Part shown: piece by piece, positions 29,551 through 32,000 of the stretch
Layout: every line of letters starts with the position of its first letter
How positions within the stretch are numbered: position 1 is the stretch's first letter
Assembly (NCBI RefSeq): GCF_013365455.1
Contig: NZ_CP046578.1
Coordinates: 390,001 to 422,000, forward strand
Reading direction: 5' to 3'
DNA length: 32,000 bases
DNA from: Wolbachia endosymbiont of Dirofilaria (Dirofilaria) immitis
GTDB lineage: Bacteria > Pseudomonadota > Alphaproteobacteria > Rickettsiales > Anaplasmataceae
Notes under the pieces: model-generated
The model's database searches: none
Told to the model about the DNA's origin: nothing
The model's input: the letters and a program-made list of their open reading frames with translations, nothing else
Made by a program: the position numbers and the translations under genes

Positions 29551-31938
29551 TTAGCTACATCTTAAAACCCCTCCGGTATTTTTGTATACTAAATTAATTA
29601 TAGCATCTGATTCTTTTTGAATTTCTTCTTCAGTTAAAGTATGAGTTGGAGAGCAAAAAGTAACTGATAATGCTATGGATAGCTTATTTGGTTCTATATT
29701 ATCTCCATAATATATATCAAATATTGAAACTTCTATAATAAGCTCCGAGCTTTTTTTGATTATATTAATTATATTACCTGCTGCTATATCTCTATTTACA
29801 ATAAATGCAAAATCGCGCTTTACACTTTGATATTTATAATCAGTGAATTTTTTTTTACTTATAGGTAAATTACTGATGTTTTCTAGTAACACCTCAAAGC
29901 CTACAACTTTTTGTTTGATGCCAAAAAAGTTTAATATATTGGGATGCAGCTCTCCAAAATAACCAACTATTTTACCTTTAAAAGAGAAAGTGCCTGACTT
30001 TCCTGGGTGGTAATATTCTTTTTCTGCTTTTTCTATAGTTAAGTCATCACAATTGACACCGAAAAATTCCAGAACCATTATGAGATCAGCCTTTACATCA
30101 AAAATATCTACTTTTCTGTTGGAATTATAATGGTTCCTCGGCAAATTATTTCCTGACCTAATTTCATTTAAAACATGCTTAGGCTGATTGAGACTATCGT
30201 AAATTGGCCCAATTTCAAAAATCGCAAGATCAGGTATTCCATGAGTAATATTATCTGCAGTAACTTGCAATAAATTTGGCATAATACTTGGCCTCATTAT
30301 GTTGAAGTTATTATTAAATGGGTTATCAATAGTAACTAACTTATCTGAGTAACCAAACTTTTCAGCTGTTGATTTACTCATAAATGACCAAGTGAGCACT
30401 TCATGAAATCCTCTACTTGCCATTAAAGTACGCAGACTATCTTGCACACTAATTTCTACCGTAGTATTACCTATTAGCGGTTCTTCCTTTATTTTGTCAT
30501 AGCCATATATTCTCACTACTTCTTCAACTAAATCAGCAGGTATAGAAACATCTGGCCTCCAGCTTGGTACTCGTACATTCCAATTACTTCCAGTTCTTTT
30601 ATCAATATTAAATCCTAGATTTGTTAAGATATTAAATATCTCATCTGGTGATGCAGATACACCTCCAAACTTGCTTACATCTTGATAATCAAAATCTACT
30701 TTGGTATTAACCTTACCTAAACCGCCGTTAGCAGATACTACACTTGAAACCTCTCCACCACATAGACCTAAAACCATTTGAGTTGCAAGGCTCAGTACAT
30801 CAAATTCAGGGTCAACTGAGCGTGCGAATCTATAACTTGAGTCTGTAGAGATACCCAGCTGCCTTGAAGATTTAGTGATAGAAATAGGGTCAAACCAAGA
30901 AGACTCTAAAAAAATATCAGTGGTTTCAAGAGTGCATTCACTATACTTACCACCTATAATTCCAGCAATTGCATGAGTATTTTTACTATCAGCAATAACA
31001 CTTATGTCTTTGTTTAATAAATACTCTTTACCATTCAAATCAGTAAATTTTTCTTCGCTGTTTGCTTTGCGTACTATAAGTTCTCCTTCTATCTTTTTTG
31101 CATCATATACATGTATTGGGCGGCCAAAGGATATCATGATGTAATTAGTAATATCAACTATTGAAGAAATGGAGCGCATTCCTATTGACTGTAGCCTATC
31201 TTTTAGCCAATTTGGGCTCTCTCTATTTTTTACATTGATAATATGTGTTCCACTAATAAAGCTTTTCCCATCGGTGACCTTAACATGTATAGAAGAATTC
31301 CTTTTCATTAAAGTAGCAGGGAACTGAGATTTATCTTGGATTTCATTGTTATGCGCTGGAATGATATCGAAGCGAGTTAAAGCCTTTAACGTTCCAATTC
31401 CAGTTGCTGCCAAGTCACGTGCTATTCCATAAACACTTAAACAATCTCCACGATTTGGAGTAACATTTATATCAATTACAGGATTGTAATTGAAAAATTT
31501 ATCTCCTACTTTATAATCATTAGAAAGCTTGATTATTCCTTCAATTTCTCCTTGGGTCGACGCACGTTCAGAAGTAAAACAAGACATCTCTTTGCTTGGT
31601 AATCCCTGTATTTTTATAGGTTTGGCCATAAAATCGTCTTCCGGTAACGCGCTACTAGAAGGTGTGAGTACAGTTCTTATACTTTCTCTAATATTTTTTG
31701 TTCCATGAGCTATCTGTGAAACTCTGCTGCTGTCATTTGTTTTACGTAACCTTAACTTATCAGTGTTTGGGTAAGATACGACTTCTAATACTTTTTCAGT
31801 AGTAACCCCAGCCAATTTAGTATTGTTGTTGGTCACGTTTTCTACTTCCAGCCCTATATGAGTTAACTTATCAGTAATTTCTTCTAAACTAGCACTGGTT
31901 TTTAAATATTCTAGTAACCAAGATAACGTAAATTTCAT
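29551..31938 (-). CDS. pheT: Phenylalanyl-tRNA synthetase beta subunit
   Basis: [100 protein letters not shown] anticodon-binding domain. Confidence 0.98.
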   Translation of the reverse strand: MKFTLSWLLEYLKTSASLEEITDKLTHIGLEVENVTNNNTKLAGVTTEKVLEVVSYPNTDKLRLRKTNDSSRVSQIAHGTKNIRESIRTVLTPSSSALPEDDFMAKPIKIQGLPSKEMSCFTSERASTQGEIEGIIKLSNDYKVGDKFFNYNPVIDINVTPNRGDCLSVYGIARDLAATGIGTLKALTRFDIIPAHNNEIQDKSQFPATLMKRNSSIHVKVTDGKSFISGTHIINVKNRESPNWLKDRLQSIGMRSISSIVDITNYIMISFGRPIHVYDAKKIEGELIVRKANSEEKFTDLNGKEYLLNKDISVIADSKNTHAIAGIIGGKYSECTLETTDIFLESSWFDPISITKSSRQLGISTDSSYRFARSVDPEFDVLSLATQMVLGLCGGEVSSVVSANGGLGKVNTKVDFDYQDVSKFGGVSASPDEIFNILTNLGFNIDKRTGSNWNVRVPSWRPDVSIPADLVEEVVRIYGYDKIKEEPLIGNTTVEISVQDSLRTLMASRGFHEVLTWSFMSKSTAEKFGYSDKLVTIDNPFNNNFNIMRPSIMPNLLQVTADNITHGIPDLAIFEIGPIYDSLNQPKHVLNEIRSGNNLPRNHYNSNRKVDIFDVKADLIMVLEFFGVNCDDLTIEKAEKEYYHPGKSGTFSFKGKIVGYFGELHPNILNFFGIKQKVVGFEVLLENISNLPISKKKFTDYKYQSVKRDFAFIVNRDIAAGNIINIIKKSSELIIEVSIFDIYYGDNIEPNKLSIALSVTFCSPTHTLTEEEIQKESDAIINLVYKNTGGVLRCS

Positions 31939-32000
31939 TGATATAAAAAGAAATAAAAAACCTATTGTAATATAAAATGCGGTGGTTTTAAAACTTATGA

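Noticed and set aside
1-32000. CRISPR array, insertion sequence, prophage or toxin-antitoxin system
   Set aside because: Found no regularly spaced repeats, transposase or integrase motifs, phage structural genes or recognisable TA pairs by eye.

Overview
AT-rich 32 kb chromosomal segment from an Anaplasmataceae endosymbiont. The GroEL, HtrA and HflK/HflC proteins look most like Wolbachia, and the long decayed gaps suggest a reduced genome. Most of the window is housekeeping: hemD (partial), xth, htrA-hflC-hflK, cutA, groES-groEL, a ygfZ/GcvT-like gene, rmuC, dnaG, a fused rpiB-ubiG ORF, metG, dnaB, an RDD membrane protein, dcd, pheT, tRNA-Gln(TTG) and tRNA-Leu(CAA). The least explained part is 1.5-5.4 kb: two large unassigned ORFs with a short ORF between them, possibly lineage-specific host-interaction proteins. 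Other points: cutA ends inside tRNA-Gln, groES has a candidate alphaproteobacterial RpoH-type promoter, a perfect 13-bp hairpin lies near 11.93 kb, and several gaps hold apparent gene remnants. I see no CRISPR array, intact transposon, prophage or recognisable defence system. Nothing here can be claimed from sequence alone as a proven new system.
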